A stretch of DNA of 64,000 nucleotides from a virus: positions 1 through 64,000 of IMG/VR virus record IMGVR_UViG_3300030090_005562. The stretch is one strand, 5' to 3'. The notes below the pieces were generated by a model, which saw only the letters and a program-made list of their open reading frames with translations, was not told where the DNA came from and made no database searches. Positions within the stretch are counted from its first letter, which is position 1. Each line of letters starts with the position of its first letter. The position numbers and the translations under genes are program-made. Positions 9,419-18,956 of the stretch are shown piece by piece.

Positions 9419-10447
9419 ATGATTATAACATACTTTAGAAGCAGCTCGTTCAATACTTTTGGCATGTGCCCTCAGCAATATTTTTTATCGTATGTGCTGG
9501 GTATACCATCTCCTGGTGGCAAAAAGGCTGAAAAGGGAACCATAGTCCATAAGGTTTTAGAATGTTTGGCTCAAGGCAAAAAAGCAGAGCAAGAGAAATT
9601 GCCTACGTTTAATGACGACGCACTTGCAGAACAGCCAACAAATAGAATTTATGACAAGGACTTTGTAAACGAACTAAGCAGGCTGTCCTTTGACTATTAT
9701 ACACAAAAGTCTATACATGATTTCAGCGATAAGGACTATAGAGATTGTGAGAAGTGGGCTTGGAAAGCTATTGAATATTCTGATGGGGCGTATGACCCTA
9801 GAAAAAGAAAGATTGTTGACGCTGAGCCGCATTTTGATATCACAATCCAGGAGCCTTGGGCTGAATACGACTATATCATGCCAGACGGCTCAAGACTTCA
9901 CGGGAATCTTTCTATAAAGGGTACAGTTGACCTTATTACAGACGCCGGAAACGGAGTATATGAAGCCACAGATTGGAAGACGGGAATGAGGAAAGACTGG
10001 GCAACAGGAGAAACAAAGGACTTCTGGAAGCTATGTGGAGACCCGCAGTTAAGAATTTACCATTACGCTCTCACACATCTGTATCCAGAAGCAAAGCAAA
10101 TAGTTCCAAGCATTTACTTTATTAATGATGGCGGTCCATTCACCATGGCTTACGATGAGTCTGATATAGAAGCCACAAAAGAAATGTTGAGAAAAAGGTT
10201 TGAAAAAATAAAAGACGTTGTAAGACCTCAACTTTTGACAGGATACAATAGGTGGAAGTGCAATACATTCTGCCATTACGGAACAACGCAGCACCCATCA
10301 GGAAAAATTAATCCAAGGACAGGCGAGCCATACACGATATGTCAATATGTCGCAGACAAAACTAAGAAGTGTGGTATGGATATTGTGATAGCGGAGGACA
10401 CAAACAAGGGCCATACCATAGACTACTATCAAGACCCAGGAGCGTGA
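9419..10447 (+). CDS. PD-(D/E)XK exonuclease (Cas4/AddB-like)
   Basis: SS...CP, GTIVH, E...GTVD...DWKTG, QLRIYH and a C-terminal Cys cluster (CNTFC...C). Confidence 0.85.
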   Translation: MIITYFRSSSFNTFGMCPQQYFLSYVLGIPSPGGKKAEKGTIVHKVLECLAQGKKAEQEKLPTFNDDALAEQPTNRIYDKDFVNELSRLSFDYYTQKSIHDFSDKDYRDCEKWAWKAIEYSDGAYDPRKRKIVDAEPHFDITIQEPWAEYDYIMPDGSRLHGNLSIKGTVDLITDAGNGVYEATDWKTGMRKDWATGETKDFWKLCGDPQLRIYHYALTHLYPEAKQIVPSIYFINDGGPFTMAYDESDIEATKEMLRKRFEKIKDVVRPQLLTGYNRWKCNTFCHYGTTQHPSGKINPRTGEPYTICQYVADKTKKCGMDIVIAEDTNKGHTIDYYQDPGA

Positions 10448-10451
10448 TAGC

Positions 10452-10856
10452 TTGTATACAGAAATAAAAACCAAAATATCAAGTGGCGAAAAAACAATTG
10501 TTGTTGATGTAGATGGAGTCATTGCTGAAACAGAAGGGTGTGATTACAAAAATTCAAAACCTTTAAAATACGGAATTGAATGGGTTAACAAAAGGTATGA
10601 AGAGGGATATTATATAATAATACTTACAGCTAGATATGACAAGCTGGAGCTTGGAAACCTAGCTAGACAATATCACGCCGGATATATAGAGCTAGTTAAC
10701 TGGCTAGATAAATATGAAGTCAAGAGACATGAGGTAAGGATGGGAAAGCCTAGAGCATTTATGTATCTTGACGATAGAGGCGTTAGAATATCTGGAGATT
10801 CTGAGGCTGGCTGGAAACAAGCAGATAAATGCTTAGAGGAAAAGAAAAATGGCTAA
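10452..10856 (+). CDS. Small HAD-family phosphatase
   Basis: DVDGVI, LTAR, GKP and YLDD are HAD motifs I-IV. Confidence 0.85.
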   Translation: MYTEIKTKISSGEKTIVVDVDGVIAETEGCDYKNSKPLKYGIEWVNKRYEEGYYIIILTARYDKLELGNLARQYHAGYIELVNWLDKYEVKRHEVRMGKPRAFMYLDDRGVRISGDSEAGWKQADKCLEEKKNG

Positions 10857-11982
10857 TATACTAATACTTGGAGCAGGGGGCATCGGCCTACCAATCGCAT
10901 CGGCACTAAAGCACGAAGAATACAATCTTATTCTATCTGATTGCTCTCAAGACGCTATTGATAAAGCTAAGGATTATTTCGCTAGAACTAAGTTTGACAG
11001 TGAATGCTCCCTTGACTTTCATGTTGGCGGAGCAGAGGATTATCTGGATAAGAATAAATTAGACTTTGACATGGTAGTGTCAGCTTTGCCATACTACATG
11101 AACAAAGAAATAGCATTCGCGTGTGTTAGCGCTGGCGTAGCTTACGTTGACCTTGGCGGTCATGTAGACACAACCAATTATATTCGCAAGATTGCTGAGG
11201 AAGACGGCTGCGCTCCAGTAGCTAGCGACCAAGGATTAGCTCCAGGTTTGGTTAATATCTGTGCGGAAGAGGCTTTTGAAGCTGTTAAGGAAAACAAATA
11301 CCGTAGCGCAAAAATTAAGATGGCGGTAGGCGGTCTTCCAGAGAATAGAGGCTTGAACCCACTAGACTATATTGTTACTTGGTCTATTGACGGGTTGATT
11401 AATGAATATAAGGGAGAGGCGGAAGTTCTCTTGCGAGCAGAAAAGAAGAACGTACCCACACTCACCGGCCTAGAAACAATGACTGTTGACGGAGATGAGC
11501 TAGAAGCGTTTTACACATCCGGTGGAAGCTCTCACACAATTCAATCCATGTTTAACCAGACTTCTCGTCCAATACCTGACGTTACATACAAGACGTTGCG
11601 ATACCCAGGACATATGAAGATGGTGAAGTGGCTCATGGAAGAGATTGAGCTGGACCACATTGATTTGACACATCTGTTTAAGTACGGTTGTGCGGCGTTA
11701 GACGAAAAGGATATTGTAAAGTTCTATGTCGAGGCTACCAATGGGAACCTGTCTTACAAAAGAGAACACACGTTCTATGCGAGCGAAGAGTTCTCTGCTA
11801 TGCAGCGGTCTACCGCATACAGCGCAGCAGCGGCAATTCAGACAATGTATATAAATAGGCCAAACGATGGCGACTCTTTTTCCCTGGACTATTCATACTT
11901 CCGTAACGATTTGTTTCATGAGCGTTTCAGAGATGCTTTAAATAGAGACAGGCCAGAGAAAGAGAAAGAGTGGGTGGTCTGA
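10849..11982 (+). CDS. Saccharopine/lysine 6-dehydrogenase family oxidoreductase
   Basis: GAGGIG Rossmann motif, SALPY, YVDLGG, GLAPGL, VGGLP, TWSIDGLINEY, EAFYTSGG, KTLRYPGH. Confidence 0.88.
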   Translation: MANILILGAGGIGLPIASALKHEEYNLILSDCSQDAIDKAKDYFARTKFDSECSLDFHVGGAEDYLDKNKLDFDMVVSALPYYMNKEIAFACVSAGVAYVDLGGHVDTTNYIRKIAEEDGCAPVASDQGLAPGLVNICAEEAFEAVKENKYRSAKIKMAVGGLPENRGLNPLDYIVTWSIDGLINEYKGEAEVLLRAEKKNVPTLTGLETMTVDGDELEAFYTSGGSSHTIQSMFNQTSRPIPDVTYKTLRYPGHMKMVKWLMEEIELDHIDLTHLFKYGCAALDEKDIVKFYVEATNGNLSYKREHTFYASEEFSAMQRSTAYSAAAAIQTMYINRPNDGDSFSLDYSYFRNDLFHERFRDALNRDRPEKEKEWVV

Positions 11983-12848
11983 TGAGTGAAACAAGGAAAT
12001 GTATAGTATGTGGTCAAGATAAAAAATTAGTCAAATTCAGCAAGCGTATACACAAAGAAAAAGCGTCTTATGGCAAAACCTGTCATACTTGCGGCACTCT
12101 CATACGACGTTCAGAGATACTTAAAAAAATAATAAAATGTGAACAGTGTGGCGAAGAAAAAAAAATAAACAAATACCAAGTGTCTCATTCTTTACTTAGT
12201 GGCGGGGAGCTTGAAACAAAGTATTCCCCAGAGTGCAAAGAATGCATGGATAGAAACAAACGCGCAAGGAAGTCTGAGGAGAATTTTAAGAACAGTCGCT
12301 ATAGCACGGAAAAATTGCAGTTGTGTCGTAGGTGTGGAAAAGAAAAGGGTGCTGATTGTTTTTATGTAGACAAAAGAAGAAACAAAAACGGCAAGCCATA
12401 TAGGAAAAGTGAATGTATAGAGTGCATGAAAGAGCGCTCTAGACTTCAGTGGGTTGGCGGCAGAAAAGACACTTATTCTTATGAATACACACCTAGTAAA
12501 TTAAATAAAGAGATTAACCCAGGAGCGCTTACCAAAAAAGACTATCAAAAAAGGATGTTTCTTGCGGCAAGAGGCAGGGCAAAATCTAAGGGTCTTCCTT
12601 TTACCCTGAATGAAGAAGACGTCGTTATTCCAGATAAATGCCCTGTCTTCGGAATTGACATAGATGTGGGGGCGGCTAAATATGCACCAAATATACCTAG
12701 CATAGACAGGGTGGTTCCAGAATTAGGATATACAAAGGAAAATATAAGAATAGTTTGTTACAGAGCAAATAGATTAAAAAATAACGCTTCATTTGAAGAG
12801 CTAGAATTGATATACAACTGGATGAAAAAAGAGCTAGGTAAAGAATGA
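11982..12848 (+). CDS. HNH-type endonuclease with multiple CxxC zinc fingers
   Basis: Six CxxC motifs followed by CPVFG...SIDRVVPELGYTKENIRIVCYRANRLK. Confidence 0.8.
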   Translation: MSETRKCIVCGQDKKLVKFSKRIHKEKASYGKTCHTCGTLIRRSEILKKIIKCEQCGEEKKINKYQVSHSLLSGGELETKYSPECKECMDRNKRARKSEENFKNSRYSTEKLQLCRRCGKEKGADCFYVDKRRNKNGKPYRKSECIECMKERSRLQWVGGRKDTYSYEYTPSKLNKEINPGALTKKDYQKRMFLAARGRAKSKGLPFTLNEEDVVIPDKCPVFGIDIDVGAAKYAPNIPSIDRVVPELGYTKENIRIVCYRANRLKNNASFEELELIYNWMKKELGKE

Positions 12849-14803
12849 CATTTTTCCCACTTCATGTTCACAGCCACGATAGCCTTCTTGATGGTCTTAG
12901 TAAGCCTAAAGATATTGCTAAGAGATGCAAGGAACTTGGGCTAAAAGGATGCGCTCTAACTGACCACGGCGTTCTCTCTGGTGCAGTCGGTTTCGTTGAG
13001 GCCATGAAGTCTGCCGGACTAAAACCTATACTTGGATGCGAGTTCTATATCTGTGAGGGCGACCCTACTGACAAGGAGAATAGGACTCGCTCCAACACAC
13101 ACCTCGTCGTCCTTGCCAAGAATAAGCAGGGTTGGCAAGACCTTATTGCAGCAACCTCCCAGTCCAATCATCCAGACTATTTCTACTATGCTCCAAGACT
13201 AGACTTGGCTACGCTCAAGAAGTTCTGCACAGGCAACTGGATTGCATTTAGTGGACACATGGGTTCGCACCTAGCCAACGATATGTTCATAGACCATAAG
13301 GAAGCCTACTCTGCTCAAAGCTATGACGAAGCAACTAAGATGGTTGATAAAGATTGGGTGAATAAGGTTTCTAACAAAGCTAAGGAACTTGAGGATGTCT
13401 TTGGTAAAGGTAACTTCTTTCTAGAAATACAGCTAATAGACGTAGACAATCTACCGGCTTCTGGCGTAGTCGCAAAAGGCCTTAGATACCTAAGTAATAA
13501 AATTGACATTCCGTGTGTCGCAACACCAGACGCTCACTACGCTTATCCAGAGGATGCAGACGACCAAAGAGTTCTTCTCTCCAATCACCCAAGCATAGAC
13601 ACGCCTTTGAAAGACATTTACAAAAAGATGGTTTCAGGAGACGATATAAGCCTGGGAGCTTTCTTTAAGTCCAGAAATTATTACATTCCTGGGCATGATG
13701 AAATGATGAAACTTCACACAGAGGAAGAGGTTGCGAATAGTGAGAAGATTGCTGATATGTGTGAGGAATATACAATCACTGGAAAGCCAATGCCTCCTAG
13801 ATTTCCGCTGCCAGAAAAAGTAACGGCGATTGAAAGGTTAAGAGAAAGATGTCGTGAGGGATGGCAAAAAAGATGGCCTGAAATTAAAAAGGTGATAGAT
13901 TCCTCTAAACACACAAAAGAAGAGTACGCACAAAGATTTGAGATGGAAATATCTATTTTGGAAAATGCCAAACTAGCAGATTACTTCTTAATTGTTGACG
14001 ATATAATTCAGTGGGCAAGAAGTGACGGTCAGCTTACAGGGGCCGGTAGAGGCTCCGCAGACGGGTCTCTAATCCTGTATCTTTTAGAGGTAGGACATAT
14101 AGACCCAATTAAACATGACTTAATGTTCGAGCGATTTTACAACGCTGGGCGGAATACAGCAGGCAGAGTCTCTCTTCCTGATGTGGACATGGACTTTGAA
14201 AAGCTAGGGCGTGAACGTATAATTGGCTATATAAATGATAGGTTTGGTGAAGATAGAGTTTCTCAAATGATTACGTTTAGTAAAATGCAAGGTCGCGCTG
14301 TGCTGCAAGATGTAATGCGTGCGCATAGCGCATGCAGTCCAGACGAAAGAAACAGAATTACAAAGAATATACCAGATGAAGCAGATATTTCTGACCAACT
14401 TGAAGATATGCGTCAGGCAGACAAAGATTCTGGAGGCGATGGCAGCGCTAGTATTATTCAGTGGTCTTTAGAAAATAGGGAAGAAGATTTCAAGCAGTGG
14501 TGTTACATTGGAGAAAACGGCGACCTTCAAGGCCCAATGTCAAAGATATTTGAGCAAGCAATACGCATGGAGGGAACAAAGCGTTCTCGCAGCAAACACG
14601 CTGCTGGAATTGTGATTGCCAACGAACCTCTTGCAAAGATTTGCCCTATGGTATATGATAAAAGCTCTGGTGAAAGTATCGCCGGAATGGAAATGAATGA
14701 TTTGGAGTCTATGGGTCATATCAAATTTGACATTCTGGGTATTGCTATCCTTGATAAGATACATGGAGTCCAAGACCTTCTGTCAATAGGAGATTTTCGT
14801 TAA
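12845..14803 (+). CDS. dnaE: DNA polymerase III alpha, N-terminal half (PHP + palm)
   Basis: HVHS.DSLLDG, TDHG, GCE, DAHY, GRGSA, FERFYN, PDVDMD, HAAGIVI, KFDILG. Confidence 0.93.
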   Translation: MTFFPLHVHSHDSLLDGLSKPKDIAKRCKELGLKGCALTDHGVLSGAVGFVEAMKSAGLKPILGCEFYICEGDPTDKENRTRSNTHLVVLAKNKQGWQDLIAATSQSNHPDYFYYAPRLDLATLKKFCTGNWIAFSGHMGSHLANDMFIDHKEAYSAQSYDEATKMVDKDWVNKVSNKAKELEDVFGKGNFFLEIQLIDVDNLPASGVVAKGLRYLSNKIDIPCVATPDAHYAYPEDADDQRVLLSNHPSIDTPLKDIYKKMVSGDDISLGAFFKSRNYYIPGHDEMMKLHTEEEVANSEKIADMCEEYTITGKPMPPRFPLPEKVTAIERLRERCREGWQKRWPEIKKVIDSSKHTKEEYAQRFEMEISILENAKLADYFLIVDDIIQWARSDGQLTGAGRGSADGSLILYLLEVGHIDPIKHDLMFERFYNAGRNTAGRVSLPDVDMDFEKLGRERIIGYINDRFGEDRVSQMITFSKMQGRAVLQDVMRAHSACSPDERNRITKNIPDEADISDQLEDMRQADKDSGGDGSASIIQWSLENREEDFKQWCYIGENGDLQGPMSKIFEQAIRMEGTKRSRSKHAAGIVIANEPLAKICPMVYDKSSGESIAGMEMNDLESMGHIKFDILGIAILDKIHGVQDLLSIGDFR

Positions 14804-15531
14804 TGAATTACAATTCTATATGTTGCTACGACTATGAAACCGGTTCTCCAAACTCCTCTACGTGTTCTATCATACAAATAGCCGCAGAGATGATACATGG
14901 CAGAAACCTTAATGTGGTTGACAAGTTCTCGGCTTATGTCAGACCAGACTTTGACGATAAAGAATCTACCACAGACGAAACTATAGACTGGCATTGTAGA
15001 AACAAGGGAGTTTCAAAGAAAAAGTTTGTAGACATGCTAAACGAATGTCCGCCAATCAGTATAGTATGGAAAAACTTTTCCTCTTGGGTTGACAAATACA
15101 ATTGGGGAAAGACTAATAAAAGTGGATTCCACGCACCTGTGTCTGCTGGCTACAACATACTCGGCTTTGATAACCCGATAACGGACAGGCATTGTAAATT
15201 GTTTGGCCCCACTGAGAAAGACAGACGAAACGGCGAAGAGAGGCCAAGAATATTTAATCAGATATACAGCTTCGATTTAATGCAGCATGTCTGGTATTGG
15301 TTTGAAAATAACAGCGAGCTTAAAAACCAAAAGCTAACAACAGTCTTAGAGTATATGGGCGTACCAGAAGAAGTTACCGCAAATGCTCACGATGCAGAGT
15401 TTGACGTTGAATGGACATCTAAGGTCATCATAAAACTTATGAAGACATCTAGGTGGATGACCGGATGGAACGAAGAAAAGCAAAAGAGAAGGCTTGAGTT
15501 TGCCAACTCTTTTGCACAGGAGTTCAAATGA
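14803..15531 (+). CDS. DEDDh 3'-5' exonuclease (DnaQ/epsilon-like)
   Basis: DYETG (ExoI), YNILGFD (ExoII), HDAEFD (ExoIII). Confidence 0.88.
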   Translation: MNYNSICCYDYETGSPNSSTCSIIQIAAEMIHGRNLNVVDKFSAYVRPDFDDKESTTDETIDWHCRNKGVSKKKFVDMLNECPPISIVWKNFSSWVDKYNWGKTNKSGFHAPVSAGYNILGFDNPITDRHCKLFGPTEKDRRNGEERPRIFNQIYSFDLMQHVWYWFENNSELKNQKLTTVLEYMGVPEEVTANAHDAEFDVEWTSKVIIKLMKTSRWMTGWNEEKQKRRLEFANSFAQEFK

Positions 15532-17228
15532 CAAAAGTTAGATGGCCGTGCGGATGCGAGCTTCCGGTTAAGAATACTCCCGACCCAGATATGGTGATTA
15601 ACGTACAGTTTGGAGACACTTTGCCCAAAGGCATTGAGCTAGATGTTTACAACATCAATCTTAATTGCGAAGCTACATGGGATATGATATGCAGCGGGAG
15701 AACCAAGGGTGTATTTCAGTTAGAAAGCGCACTGGGTCGTCAGTGGGCAAAAAAACTCGAGCCCAGAAATATACAAGAGCTTGGAGCTTTGGGGGCTCTA
15801 ATTAGGCCTGGATGTCTCCGAGCTATGAGCGGCAATCCTCCTAAGAGTATGACGCAAAGATATTGCGATAGAAAACACGGAGTTGAAGAGGTCGTTTATC
15901 CTCATGAATCTTTAGAGCCAATACTTAAAAACACTCAGGGCGTTCTAACATTTCAAGAGCAAGCCATGAAGATAGCTGTAGTTCTGGCAGGATTTAACGA
16001 ACAGCAGGCGGATATTCTTCGTAAGGCAATCGGTAAAAAGAAAGCCGATGTTATGCATGAGGTTAAAAGTTCTTTTTTAGAGGGGGCTAAGAAAACAGGA
16101 ATAGTTTCACAGGAGCTTGCTGAAGAAATCTTTGGGTGGATTCAGGAGTCTCAAAGATACTCTTTCAATAAAAGCCATGCAGACGCATACGCTTTAAATG
16201 GATACTGGAGCGCGTTTTGTAAAACGCATATGCCGCTTGAGTTTTACTGCTCTTGGCTTAGAGGCGCTGCCTGGAAGGGTGCAAAGCAATATGAAGAAAT
16301 ATATGACCTAGTAAATGATGCAAAGGTAAATAATATAGACGTTCTTCCTCCAACTCTAGCTGACAAAAGAAACACATTCTACATTAAGGACAAAAAAGTT
16401 TACTTCGGTCTTTCAAGTATTAGGGGTATAGGCACTGCTGTAATTGACAAGATGTTGACCAAGCTAACTGAAATAGAAAACAAACTAAACAGAGGTATTG
16501 GGGCATGGATGTGGCTAGAGTATCTAAAGTACGGAACTGAGTGTGTATCATCCAACGTAACCGAAGGAATGATAAAGGCCGGAGCTTTAGACTTTTTTGA
16601 GCTTTCAAGAAATAGAATGCTTTACGAATATTCTATATGGGCACAACTCAGCCCCACAGAAAAGAAGTGGATTACAAATGAGTATAGCGGATATAAGCTT
16701 CTCGAAGCTCTAAAGGCTTGTCAACCAAAAAGGGTAATGAAGAACAAAGTACAAGTCGCTGGCGGCGGGTGCGTAAACGATAAACGCTCTGACTTTGTTG
16801 GAGACTTAATCACATCACTTAAAAATCCGCCTCATAAATTAGAAGACTCCATGGATTGGATTGCTTGGAATGAGCAAAAAACTTTGGGCGCCCCAATAAC
16901 CTGTAGCAGAGTAGACGCAATTGAGGAGGGTGTACAGGCTAATTGCACCTGCAAAGAATTCATAACTACAAAAAGAAAAGACTACATGAAGTTCGCTGTT
17001 GAGGTCACTAAAGTAAAGGTGGTCAAAACAAAAAAAGGTAAGAACCCAGGTCAAGAAATGGCTTTTCTTACCGTCGAAGACAATAGTTGTTCATTGGATG
17101 ATGTTGTTTTTTTTCCAGACAAATTTCAAGAGTGTCGTGACGCTATATACGAGGGCAATACTATACTAATTCATGGAGAAAGGGGCAGAAACGACTCTCT
17201 GGTTGCCCAGCAGATATGGCAAATCTAG
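15528..17228 (+). CDS. dnaE: DNA polymerase III alpha, C-terminal half (fingers, HhH, OB)
   Basis: TKGVFQLES, ALIRPG, TFQEQAM, ADILRKAIGKKK, YSFNKSHA, GLSSIRGIG, MAFLTVED. Confidence 0.93.
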   Translation: MTKVRWPCGCELPVKNTPDPDMVINVQFGDTLPKGIELDVYNINLNCEATWDMICSGRTKGVFQLESALGRQWAKKLEPRNIQELGALGALIRPGCLRAMSGNPPKSMTQRYCDRKHGVEEVVYPHESLEPILKNTQGVLTFQEQAMKIAVVLAGFNEQQADILRKAIGKKKADVMHEVKSSFLEGAKKTGIVSQELAEEIFGWIQESQRYSFNKSHADAYALNGYWSAFCKTHMPLEFYCSWLRGAAWKGAKQYEEIYDLVNDAKVNNIDVLPPTLADKRNTFYIKDKKVYFGLSSIRGIGTAVIDKMLTKLTEIENKLNRGIGAWMWLEYLKYGTECVSSNVTEGMIKAGALDFFELSRNRMLYEYSIWAQLSPTEKKWITNEYSGYKLLEALKACQPKRVMKNKVQVAGGGCVNDKRSDFVGDLITSLKNPPHKLEDSMDWIAWNEQKTLGAPITCSRVDAIEEGVQANCTCKEFITTKRKDYMKFAVEVTKVKVVKTKKGKNPGQEMAFLTVEDNSCSLDDVVFFPDKFQECRDAIYEGNTILIHGERGRNDSLVAQQIWQI

Positions 17229-17229
17229 C

Positions 17230-17259
17230 TTGACATTGCTGTTCGTTTCTTGTTATTTT
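17230..17259 (+). promoter_or_regulatory. Sigma70-like promoter of the glycan island
   Basis: TTGACA at 17230-17235 and extended -10 TGnTATTTT at 17251-17259, in the gap after dnaE-C. ATG 17265 follows within 6 nt. Confidence 0.55.
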
Positions 17260-17264
17260 ATTGT

Positions 17265-18956
17265 ATGGAAAGAAAACTAAGAGTTCTTTGGTGCGGCGAA
17301 GCTAGCTTTCTAAATACTGGATATTCTGTATATGCTAAAGAATTACTGAATAGGCTACATTCTTCTAATAAATACGAGATAGCAGAGCTTGGTTGTTATG
17401 CCGCGCACGATGACCCCAATATATACGAAGTGCCGTGGAGGTTTTATCCAACGCTACCAATAAATGATAGTGAGCGCAATATTTATGCATCTAGCCCAAA
17501 TGCTCAATTTGGGGAATGGAGATTTGACGAAATATGTTTAGATTTTAAACCGGACGTTGTAATAGATATCAGAGATTGGTGGATGATGGAGTACCAAGAC
17601 AGGTCTCCGTTTAGGCAATTTTTCAAATGGGCCATAATGCCAACCGTAGACTCTGAGCCTCAGCAAGAGCAATATATAAGCACATACATGAACGCGGATG
17701 CCGTCTTTACATATTCTGAATTTGGCAAACGAGTATTGGAAGGTGACAGCAATAACAACATAAACGTGCTAGACATTTGTTCGCCCGCAGCTAATTTTGA
17801 TTTCTTAAAGCCTTCGTCTAATAAAAAGCAACACAAAAAAATGTTTGGGTTTCTAGATGATGTGACCTTAGTCGGCACAGTAATGAGAAATCAAAGACGA
17901 AAGCTGTATCCAAATCTAATATCAACATTCAGAAAACTCTTAGACGAAGACGCAGGCCTTCAAAAGAATACCTTTCTTTACATACACTCATCATATCCAG
18001 ATGTTGGGTGGGATTTACCATATTTTCTTAAAAGATACAATATGGGCAACCACACTTTGTTTACTTACAAGTGCAAATCCTGCGGCTCTTTCTTCCCTTC
18101 ATTTTTTCAGGGGTCATTAATTCCGTGCGCTAGATGCGGACAAAAAACCGCCGTAATGCCAAACACAAACTTTGGAGTAACAACTGAAGAGCTTGGACAA
18201 ATAATAAATTGCTTTGACTTATATGTGCAGTATTCAGTATGCGAGGGCTTTGGAATGCCTCAAGTGGAGGCTGCTGCGTGCGGTGTCCCAGTAATATCAG
18301 TAGATTACTCTGCTATGGAAAGTGTCGGTAAAAACATAAAAGCGGATATGGTTAAAAATAAAGATTTTTTCTGGGACTTAAATACACATTCGCAGCGTTC
18401 GATACCAGACGATGAAGACCTCCTTGAGAAAATGAAAAAGTTCATAAAGCTTCCGCAAAGCATGAAAAGCAAAAAAGGCATGGATGCTTACATGGGCGTT
18501 AAGAAGAATTACAGCTGGGATAAATGCGCTAAATCTTGGGAAAAATACCTGGACTCAGTTGAGATTAAAGATGAAAAAGAAACTTGGCTATCAGAACCAA
18601 AGACAATTGACATACCAAGCGAGATTCCAGCAAATTTTGACAACGAGCAGATAATAGACTGGTCAGTTCAGAATATACTTGGAGGAAAACAATATATAGA
18701 CGATTATGTATGTTTAAGAATTTTAAGAGACCTGAACTCTGGACAATCTATGTCTGGTCATTTTGGACTTTATTATAATGAGTTTAGCTCTTTCGATAAC
18801 AATCTTGCATCAACAGCGTTTACACAGCAGGAGGCCGTTAGAAATCTCATAGAGATTAGACAAAAGATTAACTCAGCAGAGGAAATAAGGGCACATATGA
18901 TTGCGTGTAAGAATGATGAATGGAAAAGCGAGTTTTTAATGGGGGTTAAACCATGA
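17265..18956 (+). CDS. GT-B (GT4-like) glycosyltransferase with inserted zinc ribbon
   Basis: TGYS, RNQRRK, EGFGMPQVEAAACG, plus CKSC...CARC insert. Confidence 0.85.
   Translation: MERKLRVLWCGEASFLNTGYSVYAKELLNRLHSSNKYEIAELGCYAAHDDPNIYEVPWRFYPTLPINDSERNIYASSPNAQFGEWRFDEICLDFKPDVVIDIRDWWMMEYQDRSPFRQFFKWAIMPTVDSEPQQEQYISTYMNADAVFTYSEFGKRVLEGDSNNNINVLDICSPAANFDFLKPSSNKKQHKKMFGFLDDVTLVGTVMRNQRRKLYPNLISTFRKLLDEDAGLQKNTFLYIHSSYPDVGWDLPYFLKRYNMGNHTLFTYKCKSCGSFFPSFFQGSLIPCARCGQKTAVMPNTNFGVTTEELGQIINCFDLYVQYSVCEGFGMPQVEAAACGVPVISVDYSAMESVGKNIKADMVKNKDFFWDLNTHSQRSIPDDEDLLEKMKKFIKLPQSMKSKKGMDAYMGVKKNYSWDKCAKSWEKYLDSVEIKDEKETWLSEPKTIDIPSEIPANFDNEQIIDWSVQNILGGKQYIDDYVCLRILRDLNSGQSMSGHFGLYYNEFSSFDNNLASTAFTQQEAVRNLIEIRQKINSAEEIRAHMIACKNDEWKSEFLMGVKP

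Noticed and set aside
9419-10447. Cas4-like nuclease as a sign of a CRISPR system
   Set aside because: No repeat-spacer array or other cas genes. Stand-alone PD-(D/E)XK exonucleases are common in phage replication modules.
10452-10856. HAD phosphatase as the KdsC step of the ulosonate pathway
   Set aside because: It lies 20 kb from kdsA and lacks KdsC-specific motifs. It is possible but unsupported.
14700-15720. Split intein joining the two DnaE halves
   Set aside because: No intein N-terminal (C/S block A) or C-terminal (HN-C/S/T) motifs at either end.
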